A stretch of DNA of 57,469 bases from an uncultured Candidatus Micrarchaeota archaeon (lineage in GTDB: Archaea > Micrarchaeota > Micrarchaeia > Anstonellales > Anstonellaceae). Each line of letters opens with the position of its first letter. The first letter of the stretch is position 1. The notes below the pieces were generated by a model. That model saw only the letters and a program-made list of their open reading frames with translations, was not told the origin of the DNA and searched no databases. A program made the translations under genes and the position numbers. The stretch is from positions 1 to 57,469 of the forward strand of contig CAITKI010000153.1 of the NCBI GenBank assembly GCA_903892905.1, given 5' to 3'. Shown piece after piece: positions 28,861 to 38,408 of the stretch.

Positions 28861-29639
28861 GTTTTTTGCCAAATCCAATATTGACCGTTTACGGGAAGCT
28901 TTACAAGCACCTGCCAGTGCAGGTCAGGCGCGGCCTGCGCGCGATATACCATGGCGCTAAGATACAGGACCTGGAGTGCAGGGAGACTGTGGATGCCGTG
29001 GAGGCGTCCTACCGCAGGCTTGGCGTGGTGAAAGAGGGCTGCTTGGTATTTGACATCGGCGCCAACATAGGGATATATGCCGATGCGTTTGACAGGCTGG
29101 GCGCGCGGGTGGTGGCAGTGGAGCCGGTGCCTGAATGCGCGCGCATCATGCGCGAAAAGTTCGCCAAGAGGCAGCGAGTCGTGGTGGTGGAAAAGGGAGT
29201 TGGAGACGCGGAAGGCGAGCTTGAGATGTTCGTCGCAGGGAATTTCGTGGCGTCCACGTTTTCGCAGGATTTCAAGAAGCAGGAAGAGAATTCATTCAAG
29301 ACGGATTACACCCACAGCGTGAAGGCAAAGATAACCACGCTGGACTGCCTTATTGCCGAGCACGGGATGCCGGATTACTGCAAGATAGATGTGGAGGGCT
29401 TCGAGCCAAAGGCGCTTGCCGGCCTGAGTAGGAAAATAGGCTGCCTTTCGTTTGAGACGCACCAGGATGGCATGGAAGCTGCCAGGCTTTGCCTTGAGAA
29501 GCTGCAGGCCCTTGGCTACTCAAGATTCGCGTGCGACAGCCACCAGGGAGAGGAATTCACCTTAGACGACTGGGGCACTTCTGAAAAAGCGCTTGAAAAG
29601 GCCAAGTCGCTCCAGTTCGGAAACATATTCGCAAAATGA
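28839..29639 (+). CDS. FkbM-family methyltransferase (start may be GTG 28857)
   Basis: FDIGANIG, VAVEP, KIDVEGFE, SFE. Confidence 0.87.
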   Translation: MQPKRRVSFLPNPILTVYGKLYKHLPVQVRRGLRAIYHGAKIQDLECRETVDAVEASYRRLGVVKEGCLVFDIGANIGIYADAFDRLGARVVAVEPVPECARIMREKFAKRQRVVVVEKGVGDAEGELEMFVAGNFVASTFSQDFKKQEENSFKTDYTHSVKAKITTLDCLIAEHGMPDYCKIDVEGFEPKALAGLSRKIGCLSFETHQDGMEAARLCLEKLQALGYSRFACDSHQGEEFTLDDWGTSEKALEKAKSLQFGNIFAK

Positions 29640-29648
29640 GGCAGTTGC

Positions 29649-30212
29649 TCAGTCGAATTTCTGGCAGGCGCCAAAGCCAGGCCAAGCAAGGTCTTTTTCA
29701 GACAGCGTCGGCTTTGCGGCGATTGGCCATTTGATCCCAAGCTCTGGATCATCGTATCTGATGCCGCACTCCTTTTCAGGCGCATATGAATTGTCAGCCT
29801 TGTAAAGCACGGCTGAATTGGCTGAAAGCGAAAGGAAGCCATGGGCAAAGCCGCGCGGCACAAAGAGGCATTGGGGGCTATCGCCTGAAAGCACCATGCC
29901 GAACCATTTGCCGAATGTGGGCGAGCTTTGCCGCAGGTCCACGATGACATCAAACACCTTGCCGGATAGGCAGCATATCAGTTTTGCCTGAGATTGCTCT
30001 CCAGACTGGTAGTGGAGGCCGCGCAGCACACCCTTCCTTGAGATTGAGATATACTCCTCCTTGAATGGGCGGGTTATTCCTGCGCCCAAAAGCGCGCCTT
30101 CGGTGAAAAGCTTGAAGAAATCGCCGCGATTGTCCTTGAACCGCTTTGGCTGGAGCAGGAACGCGTCCCTGAGGGGAAGCTCGCTTGTGGATGGGAAGCT
30201 TTCGCCTGCCAT
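29649..30212 (-). CDS. rfbC: NDP-4-keto-6-deoxyhexose 3,5-epimerase (RmlC family)
   Basis: DNRG.F, GVLRGLHYQ, DVIVDLRQSSPTFG, GFAHGF. Confidence 0.9.
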   Translation of the reverse strand: MAGESFPSTSELPLRDAFLLQPKRFKDNRGDFFKLFTEGALLGAGITRPFKEEYISISRKGVLRGLHYQSGEQSQAKLICCLSGKVFDVIVDLRQSSPTFGKWFGMVLSGDSPQCLFVPRGFAHGFLSLSANSAVLYKADNSYAPEKECGIRYDDPELGIKWPIAAKPTLSEKDLAWPGFGACQKFD

Positions 30213-31069
30213 CAGCTCGCCCCCTGCTTCAAGTCCGAAAGTTGCGCATCAAGGCTTTTGACCTTGCAAACAGAATTTATTTTGGAGATGTCCAGCCTCA
30301 GGAACAAAGGCACCCGGATTGCCCTTGCGGAATGCGGGGCAGGAGCCACTACGGACTTGTCAAAGCCGAAAAGCCCGCACATTGTGATGGCGAGGCTGTG
30401 CCTAGAAAGATAATCGGGCCCGACGCAGTTGAATATGCCGGATGCCTTCGATGCAAGCAGCGCCTCGGAAAGCCGGGCTATTTCACCTGCGAAGATTGGC
30501 TGGGAGAACTGCCCTTGCGCAGCGGGAAATTTTTCCCCTTTTTTGCAGGCTGTTTTGAGCCGGGAGAAAAAATCTGCGAGATGCGGATCTTCGCCGAACA
30601 CGCAGTCCGACCGGAGAACAAGGGCATTTGGGGCGTGGTGAAGAACCCTTTCCTCTGCAACCGCTTTTGTATACGCGTAGAAATTGAGAGGATAGGTAAT
30701 GCTCTCTTCGTTGTAGGATTCGCCTTCCTTGCCTTCATACACCCAGGCTGAGCTTATGTGCACGAGCCTGGCGCCGGCCTTGCACGAGGCGGCTGCGATG
30801 TTCTCGGCTGCGACCACGTTTGAGAGCCAAGCCTCGTTTTTCGCAGTTTCTGCCGCGTCAGTCGGCATGCGGCACTTTATCGCGTTTATTATTGCATCCG
30901 GCTTTGCCTTGGCTAGCGCCTTTTGCACTGCGGCAGAGTCGGTTGCATCTGCTACAATGTCCATTGCGCCGCTCCTGCCTATTGCAATTGCAGTATGGCC
31001 GCGCGACCTGAAAAAGCGCGCAGCGTGCGAGCCTACCAATCCGCCTGCCCCGAATATGGCTATCCTCAT
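30212..31069 (-). CDS. rfbD: RmlD-like NDP-4-keto-sugar reductase
   Basis: GAGGLVG, VHISS.WVY.G, P.N.YAYTK..AE. Confidence 0.8.
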   Translation of the reverse strand: MRIAIFGAGGLVGSHAARFFRSRGHTAIAIGRSGAMDIVADATDSAAVQKALAKAKPDAIINAIKCRMPTDAAETAKNEAWLSNVVAAENIAAASCKAGARLVHISSAWVYEGKEGESYNEESITYPLNFYAYTKAVAEERVLHHAPNALVLRSDCVFGEDPHLADFFSRLKTACKKGEKFPAAQGQFSQPIFAGEIARLSEALLASKASGIFNCVGPDYLSRHSLAITMCGLFGFDKSVVAPAPHSARAIRVPLFLRLDISKINSVCKVKSLDAQLSDLKQGAS

Positions 31070-31073
31070 TGGA

Positions 31074-32060
31074 TTACCTTGCCTTCGCTTTCGACTCGAA
31101 GTAGGACGAGTACCATTTAATGGTTTCCCGAAGCCCCTCATCGATGCCGTACTTTGCCTTCCAGCCAAGCATCTCGCGCGCCTTTTTTGCCGATAGGTGT
31201 TGGTTGCGTATCTCACCCGATATGTTGTTGAGTATTTTCGGAGGGATGTTCTTCTTCATGAGCTTGGATATCAGCGCGGTCATCTCCAGCACATCCATCT
31301 GCACCTCGTTTGAGAAGTTGAACGCCTCTCCGGAGAGCTTGGGCGAGAATTTTTCCGCAAGCGTGCAGTAGGCCGAGACCGCGTCCTTGACATAGATGTA
31401 GTCGCGGATGAACTTTCCGTCCGAGCGGATGACCGGCGCCTCGTTGTTCCAAAGCGAGCGGATGGTGCCTGGCACTATCCTGTTGAAGTTCATGTCCCCT
31501 CCGCCGAAGAAGTTGCCGCAGCGGGAGATTGCAATGGGCATCGCATATGTCTTTGCATATGCCTGGGAAATCAAGTCAGCGCAGCTTTTTGAAACGTCAT
31601 ATGGGTGCGTGCCCTGGAGCGGGCTTTGCTCGGTGTAGGGAAGCTTTTCCTGCTCGCCATATGCCTTGTCAGATGACGCGACGATTATCTGCTTTATCGA
31701 CTGGTCGTGGAGCCTTGCAGCCTCCAATAAGTTCCAGGTGCCCTCGATGTTCGCCCGGAAGGTGTGCACAGGCGAGCGGTTGGCAGCCTGCACGATTGCC
31801 TGCGCGCCCAAGTGGAAGATGGTGGCGGGCTCGTACTCGTTTATGGCGCGCTCTATTGCGCTTCTGTCCTCAAGCTCGCCGCGCACCAATACCACTTTGG
31901 AGGACAGGCCTTCTGAGAAGAAACGTGAATCTGGGACTGTGTCGCGCACCAGGCAGGCGACCTGCGCACCCTGGCGCAAGAGTTCCTCCACCAGCCAGGA
32001 GCCCACCAGCCCGCTTGCGCCGGTTACCAGCACGCTTCTTGATTTCCAGAAATCAGCCAT
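31074..32060 (-). CDS. rfbG: CDP-glucose 4,6-dehydratase-like SDR
   Basis: [36 protein letters not shown]...RIVP; adjacent to rfbF. Confidence 0.75.
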   Translation of the reverse strand: MADFWKSRSVLVTGASGLVGSWLVEELLRQGAQVACLVRDTVPDSRFFSEGLSSKVVLVRGELEDRSAIERAINEYEPATIFHLGAQAIVQAANRSPVHTFRANIEGTWNLLEAARLHDQSIKQIIVASSDKAYGEQEKLPYTEQSPLQGTHPYDVSKSCADLISQAYAKTYAMPIAISRCGNFFGGGDMNFNRIVPGTIRSLWNNEAPVIRSDGKFIRDYIYVKDAVSAYCTLAEKFSPKLSGEAFNFSNEVQMDVLEMTALISKLMKKNIPPKILNNISGEIRNQHLSAKKAREMLGWKAKYGIDEGLRETIKWYSSYFESKAKAR

Positions 32061-32069
32061 GTATTCGCC

Positions 32070-32849
32070 TCACTTCCAAGCCTTCCACGGGCGGTTGCCC
32101 TCGTCCCACATCCTGTTGAGGTCAAGGTAATCCTTGTACGTGTCCATGGAGTGCCAGAAGCCCTCGTGGCAGTGCATGGACATCTTCCCCTCGGAGGCGA
32201 GCCTCTCGAAAGGCTTGCCCTCCAGCACGCAGGATTCGTCAGCGTCAAGATAGTCGAAAATCTCCTTCTTGAAGGCATAGTAGCCGCCGTTCACATAATC
32301 GTAAAGCCTGGGCTTTTCCAGGAATTTCTCCACCGTGCCGTCCTTTTTCGCCTGCACCAGGCCGAACTTGGAGTGCGGGTGCACGCCAGTCAGGGTGGCA
32401 ACCGAGCCTTTCTTCCTGTGGAATTCCAATAGCTCAGAAATGCTAGAGTCTGTCAGCCCGTCGCCGTACGTTGCAAGGAAGTCTTCTGACCCCACATACT
32501 TCTCAATCCTTTTCACGCGCGAGCCTGTGTTGGACTTGAGCCCCGTATCAGCAAAAGTGATTGTCCAGTCGTCCATAGACTTGTCGCAGTGGACGATATC
32601 CAGGGAACGATCGCCCATCCGGATGGTGACATCGTTTGCCATGAGCTCGTGGTGGAGGAAGAACTGCTTTATCATCTCCCCTTTGTAGCCAAGGCAGAGG
32701 ACGAACTCGTTGAAGCCATAGTGCGAGTATGACTTCATTATGTGCCAGAGTATGGGAAGCCCGCCAATGGTGACCATGGGCTTTGGCTTGTACTCGGTTT
32801 CTTCGCGAAGGCGTGTGCCCTCACCGCCGCAGAGTATGACTACTTTCAT
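32070..32849 (-). CDS. rfbF: Glucose-1-phosphate cytidylyltransferase
   Basis: LCGGEGTRLREETEYKPKPMV.IG..PILWHIMK, TYGDG, GFWHSMDT. Confidence 0.92.
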   Translation of the reverse strand: MKVVILCGGEGTRLREETEYKPKPMVTIGGLPILWHIMKSYSHYGFNEFVLCLGYKGEMIKQFFLHHELMANDVTIRMGDRSLDIVHCDKSMDDWTITFADTGLKSNTGSRVKRIEKYVGSEDFLATYGDGLTDSSISELLEFHRKKGSVATLTGVHPHSKFGLVQAKKDGTVEKFLEKPRLYDYVNGGYYAFKKEIFDYLDADESCVLEGKPFERLASEGKMSMHCHEGFWHSMDTYKDYLDLNRMWDEGNRPWKAWK

Positions 32850-32930
32850 AGACTCCCTCGATTTGCCCTGAAACCTCAACGCAGATGTTTCGCAAAGCAA
32901 ATATTTAATTGCCTGCCCCAAAAGCCTGCG

Positions 32931-35900
32931 CTAGTTTTGCCTCTTGGACTCCACAGGATCCACCCAGCCTGCTGCGTTGCCTGTGAAGTTCTTCATCTTG
33001 TAGATCTTTATCTCTCCGTTCGGGCTCTTGTAGGCAAGGTCAAATCCGGGGAGATCCTCAAGGTAGAATGCCTTGTAGAGGTTGGAGGTGTAGAATGCCG
33101 TCTTGGCATCCTCCATGCCGTCCACAAGCGTGCCATTGGCGCCATACCAGATTTTCTTGTTGTCATAGACCATTTCGGCGTAGACCACTTCTGATTGCGA
33201 CTGGTCTATGATGCGCATGAGCCCCTTGGAGAGCACCAGGTCGCCGTTGGCGTCCTTGCGGTCAAGGTAATAGGTTGCGGATATCTTCTCGCCTGTTGCA
33301 ATTGTGGTTTCGCCCACGCAGTAGGCGGGCTTTGCCTGGTCGATTGCGTCCTTGCCCAGCCTGTAGGCATACACGCCGGTGCGCTGCTGGCTCTCGGAAA
33401 TGGTGCAGATGTTCGCGGTGGTCTGCGCGCGCGGGATGGCTATCCGCTCCGGGGAGTGGTCGTACTCGCATTGCGAGGTGCCTGGCTGCTCGTCAAGGGA
33501 AGTTGCCCCCTCGTGCACGCATCCCAGGTAGTTCAGCGCGCCGTACTTGCCGCCGAATGTGCTGCCGCCCACCAGCTCCACGTCGAAAAGCGCGTAGCGG
33601 CTGTCGAAATAGTTCATGCTGTCTATCATGTCCTGCGTGCTGCCCACTATGTAGTCATGCGCCACTCGGCCTATCATGCCTCGCGATGCGTGCTCGTTCC
33701 TCAGGACGGTGTTCCTGTCGCCGAAGAAGTTGGTCCAGTGGCCATAGTCCCACCAGGAAGTGACCCGGTCAGCGGTGCCGAGGTTCTTGTTTATCCATGT
33801 CATGGAGTCTATCCAGTAGTCCGCAATCCTGTTGCAGCGGAATTTCGCGGATGTCACCGCCTCTGACGAGCGCTGCTGCGCCGCAGTGTCGTTTGCCGCA
33901 GGGAAAAGCTCGTCCACCCTCATCTGAGACAGCCAGCAGACATTGGCGTCAAACTGGTTGTTTATGCTGTCCGAAAAGTTCGCATACGCGCCTGCGTCGC
34001 AAAGCGATTGCATCTGGCTGATGGGCACGCCCTTGGCGCGCAGGCCCTCGCAGAGCTTGGAAACGACAGGCATCATTGCCGCAGGGTTGTCCTGGTAGCG
34101 AGGCTCAAGCGACTTTATGGAGAATATGTAGGCGTATGGCACCGGGCCTGCCGCCTGCTCATACACCACGAAGATGAGCAGGAAGGCGAATGCGATGGAG
34201 ACCCATTTCGGCCCGTCCTGCATTATCTTTGTTGTTGCCGAAGGCAACAGCTCGTAGTCCGAAGGACGACGGGACTTTGATGCAAGGAAGCGGAAGAGGC
34301 GCTCAAGCTCAGCAATTGCAACTGCTGCAAGCACTGCAATCATCATGCCTGCGAAAATGGTGTACTTTATCTTGTTTATCCCCACGTAGAGCACAGGCAT
34401 GGTGACAAGGATGATGAGAATGGGTATGGACGGGAGCTCGCGCTCCTCCTTTTGGCGCGAGAAGTGGCGCAGCGCCAGGCCAACCACCGAAATTATCATG
34501 AATACAAAAAGCAGCGAATCGTCCTTTGCCGCGGTGGCCTGCGTGGTGCCTATGAACAGGCTGAATGAGGCATCAAGGAGGCGGAAAAGCACATTGCTCA
34601 GCAGGGTGAAAAGCGCGGCAACGATGGAAAGCGCCCCATACATTACATTTGACAGGATGCCAAGCCCGGAGGCATTTGCCTCGACGTGGTTCTTTGGCAC
34701 AATCGCAATGAAGCCTGCATCGCCTTCGAACGAGTTTCCGGCAAGGTTCTGCTCCGCGATGGTGCGCTCAAGCGCGGTCTTGAATTCCGCTGCGCCGACA
34801 TAGCCGGATACCGTGCTTTTTACAAATCCCCCGACAGGGGTGAGGAAAATCAGGAGGATGGAAATGATTACTGCCGCACCGATTGCGGAGTACCTCTTCT
34901 TGTCATTCCAGCCAAGCCCTACCAGGTACTGCACAGCCACGGCAAATGCCACGCCGCCCAGTGCCATGAGCACAGGCCCATTCGCAAGGCTACCGGCCAG
35001 CGAGCCGCTGTAGATGCCGTTGAAGATGACGCCCAGCAGGAAGCCGCCAGCCGCATAGGCAAGGCACATCACAAACTCTGGGTTTTTCTTGCCGCGCCAG
35101 AAATAGTCAAGGGACTGCAGGATGGCAAGGCCTGCAAGAGGCAGGGCAATTACAGGAGTAAAATTGGAAGAAGTCACTGCTATGAAGAATGCGATTGCGG
35201 AGAAAATGCGCAGTGTATTGTTTTTTTTCATAAGCGACATTGCGAAAAGCCCCATTGCCATGAAAAGCATCATGTTGCCCACTGGCGCTGCCTCGTTCAC
35301 CCCGGCAGACATCTTGTAGATTGTGATTGGGAGGAATGCGAGCAGGAAGGCTGCGAAAAGCCCGTAGCGCCTGCCATAGAGCGAGGAAACGAGCAAGTAA
35401 GCCCCGAAGGAGACAAAAGCCGCGGAAATGGGGGGAAGCCATGAAGACGTGGTGAAAAGCAAGTAGTTGTTGTACTCTCCGCCATTGGTATAAAGCGCAT
35501 ACCATTCCGCTTCAAGATATTCCTTGAGGGGCACTTCGCGGTGGTTGGCGGTCTTTATCTCTGGCCACCAGGCCGTGTCCTCGGTAAGCGGCTGTATGCC
35601 GTCGCGGATTATCTGCCCGGTCCCGTAGATGTAGAAATACGGGTCAAGCTCGGAGTAGATAGGCGAGTACGTCTGTATCCTTATCCAGAAGGCAAGGAGG
35701 AGCGCCAGCAGGAGCAGCGCCGGCACTATAAGCGCCACTGCGCGCTCGCGCGTGAAAAATGTTGCATCAAGCTTTGGCATTTTAGGCATGGAGAGCTTGA
35801 ACGCGCCCTCGCGCACACCGAAGAAAACGCCGGCAGCTATGACAATGAATGCGTTGATGAAGACAAGCGTGAGGGAGAAATTAATCCCTGCCAGCGACTC

Positions 35901-36170
35901 GACGAACAGGAATGTAGGGACTGCAAACAGCCCTAGGAAAAAGCAAAGGAGAAGCTTTTCGATGGCGCCAAAGTCCGTCTTCGGAAGCGCACCTTGCGCC
36001 GAAGCGTGAGGGACGGGAGAGCTGCGCTCTCCCGGAGCTTCCGGAGAGCTGGTCGCCGAAGGCGAGCGGATCTTTTTCAAAAGCGGCCAGCCAATGGCAA
36101 GCCCGGGAACCATTGCAGACAGGAAAACGATTAGTGAAAAGTATAATGCGTCGAATGTGAATGCCACCAT
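32931..36170 (-). CDS. aglB: Oligosaccharyltransferase AglB/STT3
   Basis: ELDPYF, TIAEQ, SWWDYG; GGAGGT SD before ATG 36170. Confidence 0.93.
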   Translation of the reverse strand: MVAFTFDALYFSLIVFLSAMVPGLAIGWPLLKKIRSPSATSSPEAPGERSSPVPHASAQGALPKTDFGAIEKLLLCFFLGLFAVPTFLFVESLAGINFSLTLVFINAFIVIAAGVFFGVREGAFKLSMPKMPKLDATFFTRERAVALIVPALLLLALLLAFWIRIQTYSPIYSELDPYFYIYGTGQIIRDGIQPLTEDTAWWPEIKTANHREVPLKEYLEAEWYALYTNGGEYNNYLLFTTSSWLPPISAAFVSFGAYLLVSSLYGRRYGLFAAFLLAFLPITIYKMSAGVNEAAPVGNMMLFMAMGLFAMSLMKKNNTLRIFSAIAFFIAVTSSNFTPVIALPLAGLAILQSLDYFWRGKKNPEFVMCLAYAAGGFLLGVIFNGIYSGSLAGSLANGPVLMALGGVAFAVAVQYLVGLGWNDKKRYSAIGAAVIISILLIFLTPVGGFVKSTVSGYVGAAEFKTALERTIAEQNLAGNSFEGDAGFIAIVPKNHVEANASGLGILSNVMYGALSIVAALFTLLSNVLFRLLDASFSLFIGTTQATAAKDDSLLFVFMIISVVGLALRHFSRQKEERELPSIPILIILVTMPVLYVGINKIKYTIFAGMMIAVLAAVAIAELERLFRFLASKSRRPSDYELLPSATTKIMQDGPKWVSIAFAFLLIFVVYEQAAGPVPYAYIFSIKSLEPRYQDNPAAMMPVVSKLCEGLRAKGVPISQMQSLCDAGAYANFSDSINNQFDANVCWLSQMRVDELFPAANDTAAQQRSSEAVTSAKFRCNRIADYWIDSMTWINKNLGTADRVTSWWDYGHWTNFFGDRNTVLRNEHASRGMIGRVAHDYIVGSTQDMIDSMNYFDSRYALFDVELVGGSTFGGKYGALNYLGCVHEGATSLDEQPGTSQCEYDHSPERIAIPRAQTTANICTISESQQRTGVYAYRLGKDAIDQAKPAYCVGETTIATGEKISATYYLDRKDANGDLVLSKGLMRIIDQSQSEVVYAEMVYDNKKIWYGANGTLVDGMEDAKTAFYTSNLYKAFYLEDLPGFDLAYKSPNGEIKIYKMKNFTGNAAGWVDPVESKRQN

Positions 36171-36308
36171 GATATGACCTCCGATAATGCTCCCTCCCAG
36201 GAGCATGGGGATTAGACCCCATTCGCTTATAAAAATGTGCTTTTAGCGCATTTTTGGCAGATACGCCGCAAGTTGAACCAGACTTGACAAGCTATAAGAT
36301 GAAATTTT

Positions 36309-36701
36309 CTACGGTTCCTGCCTTTTGATGCCATTTACTTTGTCAAATCCCTTGTCAAAGCTGCAGATGGTGGAAATGCTATTCACCTTCATGGTGGCAG
36401 CGTGGAATGAATCGGAAGCATCAAGCCCGCCGCGCATGAATTCCATTGAAAGCCTGGCTATCCTGTCATCTACTGCCAGAATGGAGAGGTTTGGAAGCGA
36501 TGTGAGCTGCTGGTGGATTTTTTCAACTGAAGGCAACCCGCCATGATACATAAAGAAGTGACACACCTCATTTATGACCAATGAGCTTGTACATGCATTC
36601 TGTTCCCCGTCACTTAGTTTTTTCATAAGCAGCCGTGTCCTCTCGCCTTCCTTGCCCTTGCTCATGTAATATGTAATGAAGACATTGGCATCAATGAACA
36701 T
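36309..36701 (-). CDS. vapC: PIN-domain VapC toxin
   Basis: FIDANV, E, DSFHAAT, SFDKGFD. Confidence 0.88.
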   Translation of the reverse strand: MFIDANVFITYYMSKGKEGERTRLLMKKLSDGEQNACTSSLVINEVCHFFMYHGGLPSVEKIHQQLTSLPNLSILAVDDRIARLSMEFMRGGLDASDSFHAATMKVNSISTICSFDKGFDKVNGIKRQEP

Positions 36702-36945
36702 TTTTCATCAACTCGCCTGCCCGTTTCTTTTCGCTTTCCTGTATCATCCCCATGATGTCGGATTGGGAATGATTGGCCATGACATTCCGCAGTTTTTCCA
36801 TTTCCTCGAAAACATTAGTGGCAGGAACCACTTTGATCCCGTCATTTTCAAGCCTGAATGTTATTTTAGTGCCTGGAATCATTTTGAGTGCGTCGCGCAT
36901 GCTTTTTGGAAGGACCACGATGCCTTTCTCGTAAATTTCAGCCAT
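36691..36945 (-). CDS. vapB: AbrB/MazE-family antitoxin
   Basis: EKGIVVLPKSMRDALKMIPG; overlaps vapC; GGTGG SD. Confidence 0.82.
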   Translation of the reverse strand: MAEIYEKGIVVLPKSMRDALKMIPGTKITFRLENDGIKVVPATNVFEEMEKLRNVMANHSQSDIMGMIQESEKKRAGELMKNVH

Positions 36946-37045
36946 ATATCCACCGGTTAAACCTGATGGATAAACTCCTATATAACCCTTTTCTTCGGAT
37001 GAAGATTTTCCCATGCAATAAGCACGCAATTTCGCCTTAAAAGCC

Positions 37046-37225
37046 TTCACAGGGTAACATGCCGGTGGACCAGCCGTCTTTCAGACGACTTGTCTATAAG
37101 TTGTGCAGCGCACCAGAACGGTTCGCCGTTCTGGTCGCGTCCCTTTTTGCTATGCAAAAAGCGGACGGCACAACTGCATGGTTCCGGTGCTTTAAGCTTG
37201 TTGCATGCGACAGCGTCATCCTGAA
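37046..37225. ncRNA. Candidate structured ncRNA or palindromic non-autonomous element
   Basis: Six or more nested helices identified by eye (see findings); no family recognised. Confidence 0.45.
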
Positions 37226-37301
37226 ACTGCAGAAGATTCTGTCGTTTTGACCGGTTGGATGGACGAAATGCATATTAAGTGGAAATAAGCATGTGATGAA
37301 T

Positions 37302-38393
37302 ATGGCAGACGTTCACATAGTTGGCGCAGGCCCAGCCGGCCTGTTTGCAGGCATTGCGGCATTGCGTTCGGGCAGGAGCGCGCTTGCAAGCGAGGAGCAT
37401 TCGCGCGTGGGCGAGCCGGAGGCATGCTCAGGGCTCATATCTAGGTCGGGCCTGGAGGCGCTTCGCAAAAGCGCCGGCGTGGATTATTCGCGCGCCAGGA
37501 TAAATGCCATCAATTCCGCAAAAATCGTCTGCGGCAAGGAAGAGTTTGCCATAACGCCTAAGGAAGAGACCGCGGTGCTCATTTCCCGCTCTGAGTTTGA
37601 CGGGCTGGCTGCCGAGAAGTTCGTGGAGGAAGGGGGAAGGCTGGAGCTTGGGAAAAAAGTGACTGGCGATTTCCAGTCCGATTGCATCATTGGCGCGGAC
37701 GGGCCTGCGTCGCTGGTTGCGGAAAAGTTCGGCTTCCCGAAAATCAAGTCCTATGTCGCAAGCATGCAAGGCGACTTTGCATATGAATGCGAGGATGCGC
37801 ACTGTGCCACGCTTTACCTATCATCGCAGGATTTCCCGGGCTTTTTTGGCTGGGCGATACCGAAAAATGAAAGCGAGGCGAAAATAGGCCTGGGCGTGGC
37901 GCTTCCCCGCCATCCGCTTGCCTATTACAGGCGCTTCCTGGCGCAGCTGGGAGTGGAAGGGAAGCCTTCGCACGAATTTGCCGCGGTGATACCTACTTCG
38001 GTGCGCGCAAAAACTGCGATGAGGGCAGGCAAGCGAAACGTGCTTTTGGCAGGGGATGCCGCAGGCCAGGTGAAGGCCACCACGGGAGGCGGGGTCTTCT
38101 TCGGGGCAAGCTGCGGCATGCTGGCAGGCAAGTATGCTGATGCGCCTGAAAAGTATGAGAAGGCCTGGCGTGCGCAGTACGGGCTTGATCTTGCGCTTCA
38201 CTCCAATTTGCGCGCGGCGCTGGACCTTGCAGGCGGCCAGCCGCCCTCCGTGATGGTGTCTGCGGCAAAGGCGCTTTTCTTCGACGAGCTGCTGTCCGAG
38301 AAGGGAACGATGGATAGGTGGGGACAGATGGCAACGCCTTCCACTCTTGCCACTTATGCCGGCATTCTGAGGAAAAAACTGGTGGGGAGATGA
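37302..38393 (+). CDS. Geranylgeranyl reductase family FAD oxidoreductase
   Basis: VGAGPAG, P.ACSGLIS, IGADG..S, FGWAIP, GDAAGQVKATTGGG. Confidence 0.85.
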   Translation: MADVHIVGAGPAGLFAGIAALRSGRSALASEEHSRVGEPEACSGLISRSGLEALRKSAGVDYSRARINAINSAKIVCGKEEFAITPKEETAVLISRSEFDGLAAEKFVEEGGRLELGKKVTGDFQSDCIIGADGPASLVAEKFGFPKIKSYVASMQGDFAYECEDAHCATLYLSSQDFPGFFGWAIPKNESEAKIGLGVALPRHPLAYYRRFLAQLGVEGKPSHEFAAVIPTSVRAKTAMRAGKRNVLLAGDAAGQVKATTGGGVFFGASCGMLAGKYADAPEKYEKAWRAQYGLDLALHSNLRAALDLAGGQPPSVMVSAAKALFFDELLSEKGTMDRWGQMATPSTLATYAGILRKKLVGR

Positions 38394-38408
38394 GCCTGCT
38401 GCAAACCG

